Below, piece after piece: positions 1 through 9,832 of a stretch of DNA of 64,000 nt (positions are counted from its first letter, which is position 1; the number at the start of each line of letters is the position of its first letter). The DNA is from Rubripirellula sp. (GTDB lineage Bacteria > Planctomycetota > Planctomycetia > Pirellulales > Pirellulaceae), in contig OZ244207.1 in the NCBI GenBank assembly GCA_965216875.1, forward strand, positions 608,001-672,000, written 5' to 3'. Below the pieces are notes generated by a model. It made no database searches and was not told where the DNA came from. It saw only the letters and a program-made list of their open reading frames with translations. The position numbers and the translations under genes are program-made.

Positions 1-13
1 AGCTACCGACCCG
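1..13 (-). tRNA. 5' end of a probable tRNA-Phe paralog, first gene of a second array running out of the window
   Basis: Minus strand GGGTCGGTAGCT resembles the 5' end GGGCTGGTAGCT of tRNA-Phe at 24567-24638 and sits at the same position relative to the duplicated leader. Confidence 0.55.
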
Positions 14-111
14 CGATAGGAATTTGGGCTTCAGCTTTTTAGCTGTAGGTAGAGCAGAGCCTCCAGCTCACGTCCTCAACACCTACGGTCTAAATCCCCC
101 AACACCCAATG

Positions 112-145
112 AAAAAGGCTCGATGTCTGAGTGACACCGAGCCTT
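112..145 (-). terminator. Intrinsic terminator / attenuator hairpin, leader copy 1
   Basis: AAGGCTCGGTGTC-loop-GACATCGAGCCTT followed by a T-run on the minus strand; conserved in copy 2. Confidence 0.75.
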
Positions 146-176
146 CATGTAGAAAGCAATTCGCTTAAAGCGAGTG

Positions 177-335
177 TCACGTCAGCAATCGAAAACCAAA
201 CGGATACAGGTCCGCGCCATTGCCTGGCTGGAACGTATTGGCGCTGCGTTCGCTTTCGCTGCGCCAATCGCTACCGCCGAAGGGATTCCCTTCGTGTATC
301 CGTTGGAGTTGACTTGTGGGTTGCTTGGTAAACAT
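177..335 (-). CDS. Putative 52-aa leader peptide, copy 1 (MFTKQPTSQLQRIHEGNPFGGSDW...RLLT)
   Basis: Hand-translated (below the ORF-track cutoff); same length and 37/52 identity with 24808-24966, with several synonymous changes. Confidence 0.7.
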   Translation of the reverse strand: MFTKQPTSQLQRIHEGNPFGGSDWRSESERSANTFQPGNGADLYPFGFRLLT

Positions 336-403
336 CTGACTGAAGAACGGTTGTTCGTTTCTCTTTGCGTGATTTGCGCCAGCATCCGCTGGTTCTGGAT
401 TAA

Positions 404-524
404 ATAGACGCTTCCGATACAGAAGGGTTCGCGAAAAACCTCGTCGTCAAAACCTAGATGCGCGACGCGTCGAGATTATTTCATTGCCCAAAAGAAACTC
501 TGCCACATTTTGCTCAATAGTCAA
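404..524 (-). promoter_or_regulatory. Tandem promoter candidates, copy 1: sigma70-like TTGACT-16-CAGAGT plus two ECF-like (GAAAT..GCATCT, GAACC..CGTCTA)
   Basis: Boxes conserved with 25021-25154 while the spacers diverge. Confidence 0.55.
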
Positions 525-702
525 ACAAGAAAACCATCATGACCAACGTAGAGTCGCCGGGATTCTTTGGAGTCGAGGCTCGATCGAGTCGCTTGATTGC
601 TTCGAAAAAGCTGTGTTGTCGACGCTGCTTTCGCGGAGCGAAAGGCGACGATCAACAGCGTCTCAGCCCAAGAGGAGAGTTCTCCAGCAGGATCTCGAGG
701 GC

Positions 703-2208
703 TCAAGTGCCGCAAAACGTTTGGTAATTTTCGGTGAATTCCGAGGGAGCGGGCGCCGCATAACGGGCACGCTGCGGGGCTTCTTCGAACGGATTTCGCA
801 CAACATCAAGCAGGCTTTCGAAACGCGTGAGATCGCCGCTTTCGGTAGCCTCGGCAAGTGCTTCTTCGACAAGATGGTTGCGCGGAATGTAGAGCGGGTT
901 TGCGGCTTGAATCGCGGAAGCCAACTGGGCCGATTCATCGTCACTCTGCAATCGCCTCCACTCCTGCAGCCAAGCATCGATATCTGGCTGCTCGGAAAAC
1001 AGTGACCTCAGTTTGCGTTCATCTCCTTCGGCTACCTCTGCCAGACAACGCCATGCGAGGGTGTAGTCGGCCTTGCTCTTGGTCAGCAACTCCGTCCAGT
1101 CATCCACCAACTTGCGTTCGTCCTCACTCACATCATCCGACCTGTCAGATCCCACCAGGCCCAACTTGACCCGGGCTCCCCTGTACCAGTGTTGCTCGAA
1201 CGTCGGGATAAACGTGTTGAGAACGGCTGTCGCTTCGGCAATCGCACCGTCGGTATCTTCGATTCCCAATAGCGGCAGTAATGTCTCGGCAAACCGGGAC
1301 AGATTCCAGATCGCGATGGCGGGCTGGTTCATAAAGGCGTAGCGTCCAGCGTGATCGATGGAACTGTAGACCGTCTCGGGATCGTACGATTCCATAAATG
1401 CGCACGGCCCATAGTCAATCGTCTCGCCCGAAATCGCCATGTTGTCCGTATTCATGACCCCATGAATAAATCCAACCAGCATCCATCGCGCAATCAATGC
1501 TGCCTGACGCTCCGCAACCGACCGAAGCAGCGATAGGTACGGCTGGTCGGCTTCAGAGATCTCAGGGTAGTGCCGCGCGATGACGTAGTCGGCAAGCTTG
1601 CGAACGTGCTCGTTTTGGCCACGAACAGCAAAGTACTGAAACGTTCCGACTCGCACGTGACTGGCGGCAACGCGCGTCAGGACTGCGCCGGGAAGAGGGC
1701 GTTCGCGCATGACCGGTTCACCCGTCGCGACGGCGGCAAGAGCTCGAGTCGTGGGAATCCCCAAAGCGTGCATCGCTTCACCGATGAGATATTCGCGCAG
1801 CACTGGGCCAACTGCCGCCTTGCCGTCACCGCCGCGCGAAAAAGGCGTTCGCCCCGATCCCTTCAACGCGATGTCACGTCGCCTACCGCGCTCGTCGATC
1901 ACTTCGCCAACCAGTAGAGCGCGTCCGTCTCCCAATTGCGGGACAAAATTTCCGAATTGGTGGCCTGCGTACGCCTGTGCGATCGGCCGCGCATCACCTG
2001 GCAACTCGTTTCCTGAAAAGATCTGAGCGGCAACGTCCCGAGTCAGCGACTCACGATCGAGTCCAAGTTCACTCGCCAACGACTCGTTGAGTTGCAGCAA
2101 ACGCGGTTCGCGAACCGGCGTCGGCTCAACCGAAGCGAAAAAGTCGGGCAACTGCTCGGCATAGGTGTGCTGGAGGCCGAACGCGATTTCGTTTTTCGAT
2201 GGGGTCAT
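703..2208 (-). CDS. selO: Protein adenylyltransferase SelO (YdiU family)
   Basis: YAGHQFG, QLGDGRA, LKGSGRTPFSRGGDG, GFIHGVMNTDN, IDYGP and C-terminal TFCGT motifs. Confidence 0.95.
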   Translation of the reverse strand: MTPSKNEIAFGLQHTYAEQLPDFFASVEPTPVREPRLLQLNESLASELGLDRESLTRDVAAQIFSGNELPGDARPIAQAYAGHQFGNFVPQLGDGRALLVGEVIDERGRRRDIALKGSGRTPFSRGGDGKAAVGPVLREYLIGEAMHALGIPTTRALAAVATGEPVMRERPLPGAVLTRVAASHVRVGTFQYFAVRGQNEHVRKLADYVIARHYPEISEADQPYLSLLRSVAERQAALIARWMLVGFIHGVMNTDNMAISGETIDYGPCAFMESYDPETVYSSIDHAGRYAFMNQPAIAIWNLSRFAETLLPLLGIEDTDGAIAEATAVLNTFIPTFEQHWYRGARVKLGLVGSDRSDDVSEDERKLVDDWTELLTKSKADYTLAWRCLAEVAEGDERKLRSLFSEQPDIDAWLQEWRRLQSDDESAQLASAIQAANPLYIPRNHLVEEALAEATESGDLTRFESLLDVVRNPFEEAPQRARYAAPAPSEFTENYQTFCGT

Positions 2209-2528
2209 ATGCGAGAGCCTCCAATGCAGGAATCGGCCTCGGAAGGAGCCGACGGCGAGTCGGTGAGATACTAGCCATCAGGCGTTGGCGAGGCCACCGG
2301 TACCACAATTCTGTCGACTTTTCAGAACCAATCTTGACCGATCATCTCATTTTAGGCGGGGGAAAACAGCTCGCCCCGGCCAACACTTCGGAGAGATCAG
2401 GACGGAGAAAATGGGCCGATCTCCAGGGTGAGCGTGTTCGATTTCCTGTTTTCAACGCAATAACCAGCCTGGCAGTGCACGGATTTCCTGGGTCGGTAAG
2501 ATTGTCGGCGGATGGACATACTCTATTG

Positions 2529-3074
2529 ATGCCTGATTCCCCCGATATCGACCGACAAGCTGAATTCGTGCAGCTGCTTAATGCGTCACACCGGCGTTTA
2601 CTTGGGTATTTGGTTTCGTTGTTAGGTAATCTGCAGGACGCCGAAGATGTGCTTCAGCGTGCGAGTGTCACGATGTGGAAGAAGTTCGATGTCTTCCAGT
2701 CGGGCACCGATTTTTTCGCGTGGGCGAGCACTTTCGCATTCTACGAAGCTCGTAATTTCCAGCGGATGAATGCTCGATCACGCCTCGTTTTTAGCGACGA
2801 TCTTCTCGAAACACTTGCCGAAGAAAGACTTCAAGACATCGTCAATGTTGAATCTCGTCACAGCGCCTTGAATGAGTGCCTTGGACAACTTGATGAACCA
2901 GCAAGAGCACTGTTGGAGGCTGCGTATCTCGAGGAAGGCAGCATCGTGCACCTCGCCGAGCAATTGGGACGCGCTCCGCAGACCCTCTACAACAAGTTGA
3001 ATCTGTTGCGCCGACGGTTGTTCAACTGCGTCGAACAACGCCTGAATGAGGGGCTTGCGACCAATGAACCGTGA
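2529..3074 (+). CDS. ECF sigma-70 factor
   Basis: DAEDVLQ region 2, F.AWA motif and C-terminal HTH; ATG start chosen at 2529. Confidence 0.9.
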   Translation: MPDSPDIDRQAEFVQLLNASHRRLLGYLVSLLGNLQDAEDVLQRASVTMWKKFDVFQSGTDFFAWASTFAFYEARNFQRMNARSRLVFSDDLLETLAEERLQDIVNVESRHSALNECLGQLDEPARALLEAAYLEEGSIVHLAEQLGRAPQTLYNKLNLLRRRLFNCVEQRLNEGLATNEP

Positions 3075-4647
3075 ATTCGACTCCGACGAACTCCACTTGC
3101 TCCTCAGGGAATTACGTGACGGTTCGATCACGCCCGATAGGCAAATGCGGCTTGAATCCATTTTGCAGCAGTCCCCCCAAGCGCGGCGCCAATGGTTCTT
3201 GTTCTGCGATGTTGAGACTGGACTGAAGGACTGGGCGGTGACCCAGGACGAGAGGCGATCGAATCGCCCGCCCGCAAACAACACGAACGTGCAATCTCAC
3301 ATTCTCCACAAGGTCGGCGTCGTGTCGGTCGCGGCGACGCTCCTGATCGCATTCACGTTGGCTTCTTGGTTGAACCGCACATCCGATCGCCAGAAGGATG
3401 ACGCGTTCCCTAAAACGGAGTTGCTTGTCAGCGATGTGGCTGTTTTGACGCATGTTGTGGATGCAAAATGGACCGATCAAGCGGAAAGCCACAGCGCGGG
3501 ATCAACACTCGCTCCGTCGACGCTCAAACTGCAGTCGGGCGCAGTACTGATCGAATTCTTCAGTGGAGCAACTGCTGTGTTGGAGGGCCCAGCAGAGTTT
3601 GCAGTCCTCTCGAGCAACGAGGGGCATCTTCATTCTGGAAAGTTAAATGCGCATGTCCCCCCTCAGGCTCAGGGATTCACGATCAAGACCGCCGCTGGCG
3701 ACATTGTCGACCATGGAACCGATTTTGGCGTGAAGATGGATGCCGAGACTCCGCCTGAATTACATGTGTTTACCGGCAAGGTCGAGTTCAAATCGGGAAA
3801 TAAATCTCTCGACGTCGAAACGGGCGTAGCGATTCAGCTAGGCGCCGAGAACCAACAAACCTTCGACTGCGATCGTTCCGCATTCCTTGTTGAGCAGGAT
3901 CTGATTCAGCAGAGCCGCTTGGCATCCGAGCGTCGATTGGCCCAGTGGCGGAATGCGAGCACCACTTTGAGCAACGACGCGGCAGCCCTCTATCATCTGC
4001 GACTTGACACATCGCCGGAAACGACAGAGAGCAAACGTGTCCTCTTGAACTCGGCCGTTGGTTCCGACCCAAATTCTGGCGGTACCCTCGTTGGCTGCCA
4101 GCGGGTTGGTGGCCGCTGGCATGGAAAAAGTGGCGTCTCGTTTGGCGGTCCCGGCGACCGAATTCGGCTGACGGTTGCGCGGCCGATGCAAGCCGTAACG
4201 CTATTGGCTTGGGTCAATGTCGAGTCGCTTTCGCGATGGCAGAACTCACTGCTCTCCGCAGATTCGGAGAGGCCCGGTTCGATCCGTTGGCAACTCACCA
4301 AGCGTGGGCAATTGCGGCTGGCGATCGCTCGCGATTTGGGGCGACCTCAATCCGATTGGGAGGCCGTGGAGAGTGAACCGTTCCTAACTGAAGGACTCTT
4401 TCGTCAATGGATACTCTTGGCGACAACGTTTGATGGAACGACGATTCGTCATTACGCCGATGGTCGTCTCGTTGGAACGGGAGCGTCTTTCACGCCCGAA
4501 GCCCTTCACATTGGAACGGCCGAAATTGGTAATTGGGCCGGAGAGACTCGCCGCGAATTGCACGCCACACTCGACGAGTTTGTCGTTCTCGATCGTGTAT
4601 TGCGGGACGAGGAGATTGTTGAGATTCATCGCTACGGCAAACCGTGA
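3064..4647 (+). CDS. FecR-like anti-sigma factor with C-terminal LamG-like domain
   Basis: Overlaps the ECF gene; TM helix, FecR motif DHGTDFGV..HVFTGKV, LamG-like C-terminus. Confidence 0.85.
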   Translation: MNREFDSDELHLLLRELRDGSITPDRQMRLESILQQSPQARRQWFLFCDVETGLKDWAVTQDERRSNRPPANNTNVQSHILHKVGVVSVAATLLIAFTLASWLNRTSDRQKDDAFPKTELLVSDVAVLTHVVDAKWTDQAESHSAGSTLAPSTLKLQSGAVLIEFFSGATAVLEGPAEFAVLSSNEGHLHSGKLNAHVPPQAQGFTIKTAAGDIVDHGTDFGVKMDAETPPELHVFTGKVEFKSGNKSLDVETGVAIQLGAENQQTFDCDRSAFLVEQDLIQQSRLASERRLAQWRNASTTLSNDAAALYHLRLDTSPETTESKRVLLNSAVGSDPNSGGTLVGCQRVGGRWHGKSGVSFGGPGDRIRLTVARPMQAVTLLAWVNVESLSRWQNSLLSADSERPGSIRWQLTKRGQLRLAIARDLGRPQSDWEAVESEPFLTEGLFRQWILLATTFDGTTIRHYADGRLVGTGASFTPEALHIGTAEIGNWAGETRRELHATLDEFVVLDRVLRDEEIVEIHRYGKP

Positions 4648-4739
4648 GCTTTCCATCAGAAAGTGAGGTAAGGACGGGCGCTGCAAGACATTTACTCTTG
4701 TAGATCAATCGGCCAGTCTCCTCGCGCACAAGCATTTGA

Positions 4740-6653
4740 ATGACGACTCAAATCAAAGCCATCGTTTGGGCAACGTTCTCTGTTGCGTTCGTTCTCGTCC
4801 CAATCAGCTCTTCTTTACCGGCAGAAGAACCGTCAGTCGTGCCGTTGTTCGACGAAACCACAACGCTGGAGCCTTCAACGACCGAACACACAAGCGAGGC
4901 GTTGATCACGCGGATTGGTGACCGTGTTCGAGATCGTCACGCGAGGGAGTCGCAGTTCAAGGCATATGATCATTACTTGAGCTTCTATTGGGAGCAGCGA
5001 ACGATTGAGCTTGAGTTTGTCGACAAGATCGCCAAAGACGGCAATGAAATCGTCGTTAACATCAAGTCGTTAACGCCGCTTAACGAACCAAACTTCCGCA
5101 CCTTCTACCGTGGACTCAACACCGTGGCTGAGTACCACGAGAATGTCATCGCGGATCAAGTCGCACCGAATCATTACTCGGTTTCACTCACACGTCATTC
5201 GCCGAAAGGACGTCGCCTCGAAATCGGCGACGAAATTGAATTCGAGTTCAGCCCGTTCCTGCGCAATCCCAAGAACGGACGCAGCAACTACTACGGTACC
5301 ACCATGCTTTATGTGGTCGGCAAAGGGATCGTCCCCTGGTTGGGAGTTGGTGATCGACTCGAATCAATCCCTCTGCCTCAATCTGCCCTGCTCGGTGGAG
5401 GAACGACGATATCACACCAATACTCGGGAGAGCCGGCTGAGAGATTCAAGCAGATGGCGGGAAACATTTCGCCGCGAAACGCCCAACCATTCTTGCTGGG
5501 GCGCAGGCTCCACCACACAAACCTGCTCGATGGTACTCATTCCGAGCAACCCAATCCTGTGTTCAGCAGGCACGCAGGGAAACTAGGCCCCCACTATGTT
5601 GCAACCAGTTGCATCGCGTGCCACGTCAATAACGGCCGTTCATTGCCGCCCCCGGTCGGCGAACCGATCAACCAGATGGTCGTTAAAGTTGCATCCGATG
5701 CATCAGGGACCCCGCATCCCGATCTCGGAACGGCGCTCCAACGCCATTCGACCAGCGGCGCTGTCGAAGGAAGTGCACACATCCAACGCTATGAGTACGT
5801 TGCGGGGGCTTACGCGGATGGTGACAAGTACGAGTTACGCAAACCAATCTACGAGTTTGTTGGCACAGCACCGCAATTCTTTTCGTTCCGCATCACTCCG
5901 CAACTTGTTGGGCTGGGATTGCTCGAGGCAATTCGCGAAGACGATCTCGTCGCACTTGCCGATCCCAACGATCGTGATGGCGACGGCGTTTCAGGACGAG
6001 TCCAGGTCGTCGTCGATCCTGAAACGAAACAACGAAGGTTGGGGCGATTTGGCTATAAGGCGGGTCAATCGCGTCTGCGTCATCAGATTGCTGCAGCACT
6101 CAACAGTGACATGGGTGTCACAACGACCATTGAGCAAGTGCTCGACGGCGACTCGGGCAGCAAGCCAGTCGAAATCTCCGACGAAGACCTCGCGCTGCTT
6201 GAGCGATACGTTGCCCTCTTAGGCGTCAGTGCGCAGCGCGATCAGGATGACGATCAAGTCCGACGCGGCAAATCGCTGTTCACCGAAGCAAAGTGCACCG
6301 CGTGCCACACGCCATCCCTCACAACGAGTGCTTACCATCCGCTCGCTGAACTTCGGGATCAAGAGATTCAACCATTCACAGACTTGTTGTTGCACGACAT
6401 GGGCAAAGGACTCGCCGACCCACTAGGCGAACATGCTGCAAGCGGCGCGGAATGGCGAACAACACCACTGTGGGGAATCGGTCTAACCAAGGGTGTTAGT
6501 GGTGGCGAAGCTTTTCTGCACGATGGGCGGGCCCGAACACTCGAGGAAGCAATCCTCTGGCATGAGGGTGAAGCGGAGATTTCAAAGGAAGCATTCCGCA
6601 ACATGCCGAGGCAAGACAGAGCCGACCTGATCAGATTCCTTCAATCGCTGTGA
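4740..6653 (+). CDS. Secreted di-heme oxidoreductase family protein
   Basis: Signal peptide, two CxxCH motifs (CIACH, CTACH), LLHDMG, WRTTPLWG, LHDGRARTLEEAILWH. Confidence 0.85.
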   Translation: MTTQIKAIVWATFSVAFVLVPISSSLPAEEPSVVPLFDETTTLEPSTTEHTSEALITRIGDRVRDRHARESQFKAYDHYLSFYWEQRTIELEFVDKIAKDGNEIVVNIKSLTPLNEPNFRTFYRGLNTVAEYHENVIADQVAPNHYSVSLTRHSPKGRRLEIGDEIEFEFSPFLRNPKNGRSNYYGTTMLYVVGKGIVPWLGVGDRLESIPLPQSALLGGGTTISHQYSGEPAERFKQMAGNISPRNAQPFLLGRRLHHTNLLDGTHSEQPNPVFSRHAGKLGPHYVATSCIACHVNNGRSLPPPVGEPINQMVVKVASDASGTPHPDLGTALQRHSTSGAVEGSAHIQRYEYVAGAYADGDKYELRKPIYEFVGTAPQFFSFRITPQLVGLGLLEAIREDDLVALADPNDRDGDGVSGRVQVVVDPETKQRRLGRFGYKAGQSRLRHQIAAALNSDMGVTTTIEQVLDGDSGSKPVEISDEDLALLERYVALLGVSAQRDQDDDQVRRGKSLFTEAKCTACHTPSLTTSAYHPLAELRDQEIQPFTDLLLHDMGKGLADPLGEHAASGAEWRTTPLWGIGLTKGVSGGEAFLHDGRARTLEEAILWHEGEAEISKEAFRNMPRQDRADLIRFLQSL

Positions 6654-6770
6654 TCAGTTTCCCGCGTCCGCATTACCGGTTGGGACAAGCACCCTCGCAC
6701 GGACAACTCGCAAATCGGCCAAGCGGCAGACGATTTTTTGACGCATGTCACCGTTGAATCTCGTGCCAAG

Positions 6771-6793
6771 GTAGTGGACGAGGCGACGAGTCC
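6771..6793. repeat. GTAG-type REP-like unit
   Basis: GTAGTGGACGAGGCGACGAGTCC; reverse-orientation copies at about 51547, 51659 and 51721. Confidence 0.6.
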
Positions 6794-6848
6794 CTCTCAC
6801 ATCCATTCGCAAGGATTCGAAGCCTCGGCCACTACGCACATTGCGAAC

Positions 6849-7007
6849 CTAGGATTGCTTCTCTAGCTCGTCGATTTGTCGGCCAATCTCTTCGGCCTCG
6901 GCTCGCTTCTGGTCGCTCTTCTTCCGATTCACGGTTGAAAGGTCGTACGACTCTTGCATGAGCTTGTTGTACTTGGCTTGCAGTTTGTCTTTGCTTTTTC
7001 CGAACAT
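6849..7007 (-). CDS. Small Lacal_2735-like protein
   Basis: MFGKSKDKLQAKYNKLMQESYDLSTVNRKKSDQKRAEAEEI resembles this family. Confidence 0.65.
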   Translation of the reverse strand: MFGKSKDKLQAKYNKLMQESYDLSTVNRKKSDQKRAEAEEIGRQIDELEKQS

Positions 7008-7125
7008 CTCTAGTGATCTCTGTCGAGGTCTGAAGTGGTAGGTCATGCTGTGCATGACATCCTATGCCTATCGGTCGAGGCTCATGCACCGCACGAACCG
7101 GACCCAACAGCCAAACCGTGTAAAG

Positions 7126-7521
7126 TCAGTTGACTTCACAGGTTTCCTTGGTGCATCGACCCGTTAGTCGAAGTCGGTTTTTTGCAAAGACCCGATACCC
7201 AAAGCCAAGGCCGTGTGAAACGCCGGGCAGTCGAGTGACGGCAACGAGCGGGCTAAATCCCACAGCCGCGTACAAACGCCGAAAGACCTCGACGCCAAGG
7301 ATCCAACTTCCATCTGGCAGTCGTCCTTGGATCTCATCCATGAACTCCTGCATCGTCTTGCCGTAGTCTGACGGACGAAAGTCAGGATCAGCAATGTCGG
7401 TGAAGAGGATGTTCTGCTTGCGATCCATCCAGCGAAGCAACTTGATCTCACGCAAGCAAAGCGGACACTCGCCATCGTAAAAGACTTCGACCTTCCAATT
7501 TGCGTTTGATGATTCGCTCAT
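7126..7521 (-). CDS. DCC1-like / DUF393 thiol-disulfide oxidoreductase
   Basis: N-terminal [10 protein letters not shown] motif. Confidence 0.9.
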   Translation of the reverse strand: MSESSNANWKVEVFYDGECPLCLREIKLLRWMDRKQNILFTDIADPDFRPSDYGKTMQEFMDEIQGRLPDGSWILGVEVFRRLYAAVGFSPLVAVTRLPGVSHGLGFGYRVFAKNRLRLTGRCTKETCEVN

Positions 7522-7902
7522 GATTCAGCTTCCGCGTTCGACGCGTCATTGCGACCAATCAAGTTTTGAACACGACGACTTGGCCCTTTACTTACCGGTG
7601 GAACGTCGACGACCGCTTACGCTCTCGACTCACCTTTGGGAACTCAATAATTCGCCTATTCTCGAGGTTTTGCTTCCGCTCAGCTACTGACGAGCAGAGA
7701 AGTCCACAGCCGACGGGGCCCACTGTTGCCGACCAGTCCATCGTCCACGTTTTGATGCAGGGGACTGTAGGCGAGTCGGCTAGCAAGTCAAGCGTTTGAC
7801 TGACGTCTTGAGAAGGTCGCGTGTGAGGGCACGTGTCGGACTGCTCACTTACGGGGAACGCAAAGTTGCCCGAAAAGCCAAGTCGCATCCCCATCGAACG
7901 TA

Positions 7903-9216
7903 CTAATCTGCGCGAACCGAAAGCTCTTCAACGAGAATCTTCACGCAATATGGCGACCTGCCCTTGCTTGGGTCATCTTGATAACCTCGCACGAGAATAA
8001 TCGCACCCTCCTTCAATGGCGGACAGCGCTGTCGATTGAGGCGTGCACACTCCGTGATCGAGTCAAATGTCGCGTCCGGTGACGCTTGCTGGTAGAAGAT
8101 CGGCGCCATGAAGTGACGTAGCTTGAGATTTCCGTCCTCGAAAATCAGTTGCAGATGGACGTCGCGAATGAACTGTAAAAAGCTGGCTGACGAAACCTCC
8201 ATTTTGCCTGCGTCAATCGAACGTCGGAAATCGACCCAAGTTGAATCGACATCTAATTCAAGCGACCCTTGTTCGACTCCATGACCTTCGAAGGAATTCG
8301 TGTTTGGCTTCGAGACGACATATGAGAGCCTCAATCGGTGAGGTTGGTAAAGAGTGAGATCCTGCTTGATTTCGCGTTTATCGTAGTTACGTATCGAGAC
8401 TTGGACGTCACGGCCATAGTAGCCGCCAAAGTAGCCACGTTTGATCGCCTTGATCCCCAGGACCTCCAGGCCAAATCCATCTAGCCGGTAACGCCCTTCG
8501 CCGTCGGTCTGCGTTCGCTGCTTGCCTGCCGATACCATCACGTCAGGCATTGGATTGCCATCCGAATCGGTGACCGTGCCAACGACGCTTACAGTTCCTT
8601 CACCCTTCACTTTCTTCAGCACGATGCGACCAAGATTCGTTGGCTTGCCCTTCTCAAGCACGACAGGAATCCGCACTGTTTCATAAGGAGGCCCCGGGTC
8701 GAGTTCTATTCGACGATTGCCGCTTCCCCCTTCAAGTACGGATTCCAGACGCGTCCACGGTTGACGTGATGGAACTCGAACGACGCCCGAGTACCCGCCG
8801 CCTGGCACTGAATAACACTTGTACTCGATCTGCTCGGGGACTATGTCGTTGGGGTCCTCAGTGTCGATGTACATCCCGACGATTGCCGTCGCACGCGGTG
8901 AATTCGCGGACTGCATTTTTGCTTGGCGGATCTTTGCCTCGACTTGCTTCTCGATCAACGTCGTTCTTCGATCACTCATACCCGGCGCCGCAGCTGCCTG
9001 ACGCTTGAACGAGATCCGGTTGACCTTGGAGATCTCCCCGCTAACGATCTCACCCTTGTCGGTTCTTACCTTGATGAAACCATCCTTGTACTCGAGCACG
9101 GTGCCGGTCATCTTGCGCCCGTTACGCAAGTAGATCTCGTCGGCGCCGCAGTCACGAACCACGAGTGTTAACAGGGCGATAGTGATGGCGATTCTGATCA
9201 TGCGAATTCGAGTCAT
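7903..9216 (-). CDS. Secreted protein with carboxypeptidase-regulatory-like domain
   Basis: Signal peptide; VVGTVTDSDGNPMPDVMV..TDGEGRYRL; start uncertain. Confidence 0.7.
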   Translation of the reverse strand: MTRIRMIRIAITIALLTLVVRDCGADEIYLRNGRKMTGTVLEYKDGFIKVRTDKGEIVSGEISKVNRISFKRQAAAAPGMSDRRTTLIEKQVEAKIRQAKMQSANSPRATAIVGMYIDTEDPNDIVPEQIEYKCYSVPGGGYSGVVRVPSRQPWTRLESVLEGGSGNRRIELDPGPPYETVRIPVVLEKGKPTNLGRIVLKKVKGEGTVSVVGTVTDSDGNPMPDVMVSAGKQRTQTDGEGRYRLDGFGLEVLGIKAIKRGYFGGYYGRDVQVSIRNYDKREIKQDLTLYQPHRLRLSYVVSKPNTNSFEGHGVEQGSLELDVDSTWVDFRRSIDAGKMEVSSASFLQFIRDVHLQLIFEDGNLKLRHFMAPIFYQQASPDATFDSITECARLNRQRCPPLKEGAIILVRGYQDDPSKGRSPYCVKILVEELSVRAD

Positions 9217-9588
9217 TGCGTCAAAAAGGCTGCGGAAGGTAAAGGCACAAGGTTGTCCCACGGTGGCAAGGCTTGTCAGCCATTTCCGGTGGCCCGAAAT
9301 TCCCATGGCCTGGCGCTGATGCAGTGATCGTGCGTGCAGCCCATTCCAAGAGTGAGACTTCATCCTGTCCTCGCACTCGCAGCGCGATGACAAGTTCCTC
9401 TTGCCTACATTCCTTGAACCAATCCAACACAGTTGCGACACGGAATCTTCCAAATTGTGCTTTGGGATCGACAATCGCTGGAATCACGTAACCTCCTGTT
9501 TCTTTTCGTTTACGTTGTCGTGATACGGCGCTAGTGCTGCGGATTGCAATTTCGCTTCCACTAGGCTTCGAAACTGCGCATTTCAACA

Positions 9589-9691
9589 CTCTCCCTTGGG
9601 AGAGTCGGGCTCTAAGGCCCGGAGAGGGTTTGTTTGTAGGGCATTCCCTCCCCGGACTTTGCGTCCGACCCTCCCGCAAGCGGGAGGGTGA
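9589..9691. repeat. Palindromic REP-like hairpin cluster
   Basis: CTCTCCC..GGGAGAG, CCCTCCC..GGGAGGG nested inverted repeats. Confidence 0.45.
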
Positions 9692-9832
9692 TTGTTGGAG
9701 CACGCGTTAAACTGGGCAAACACTTCACCTCATGGCACGGCAACTCCAATCCGTAGCACTAGCTAGGGTGGTTCCAAGAATCGACCGCTGCTACTGTTTT
9801 ACGTCGGTAGTGGAATTTCAGGAGGAAGCTGA

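Noticed and set aside
174..407. Plus-strand 77-aa ORF and its 69-aa counterpart at 24812-25021
   Set aside because: Antisense to the leader; starts and ends are not conserved, unlike the 52-codon minus-strand ORF
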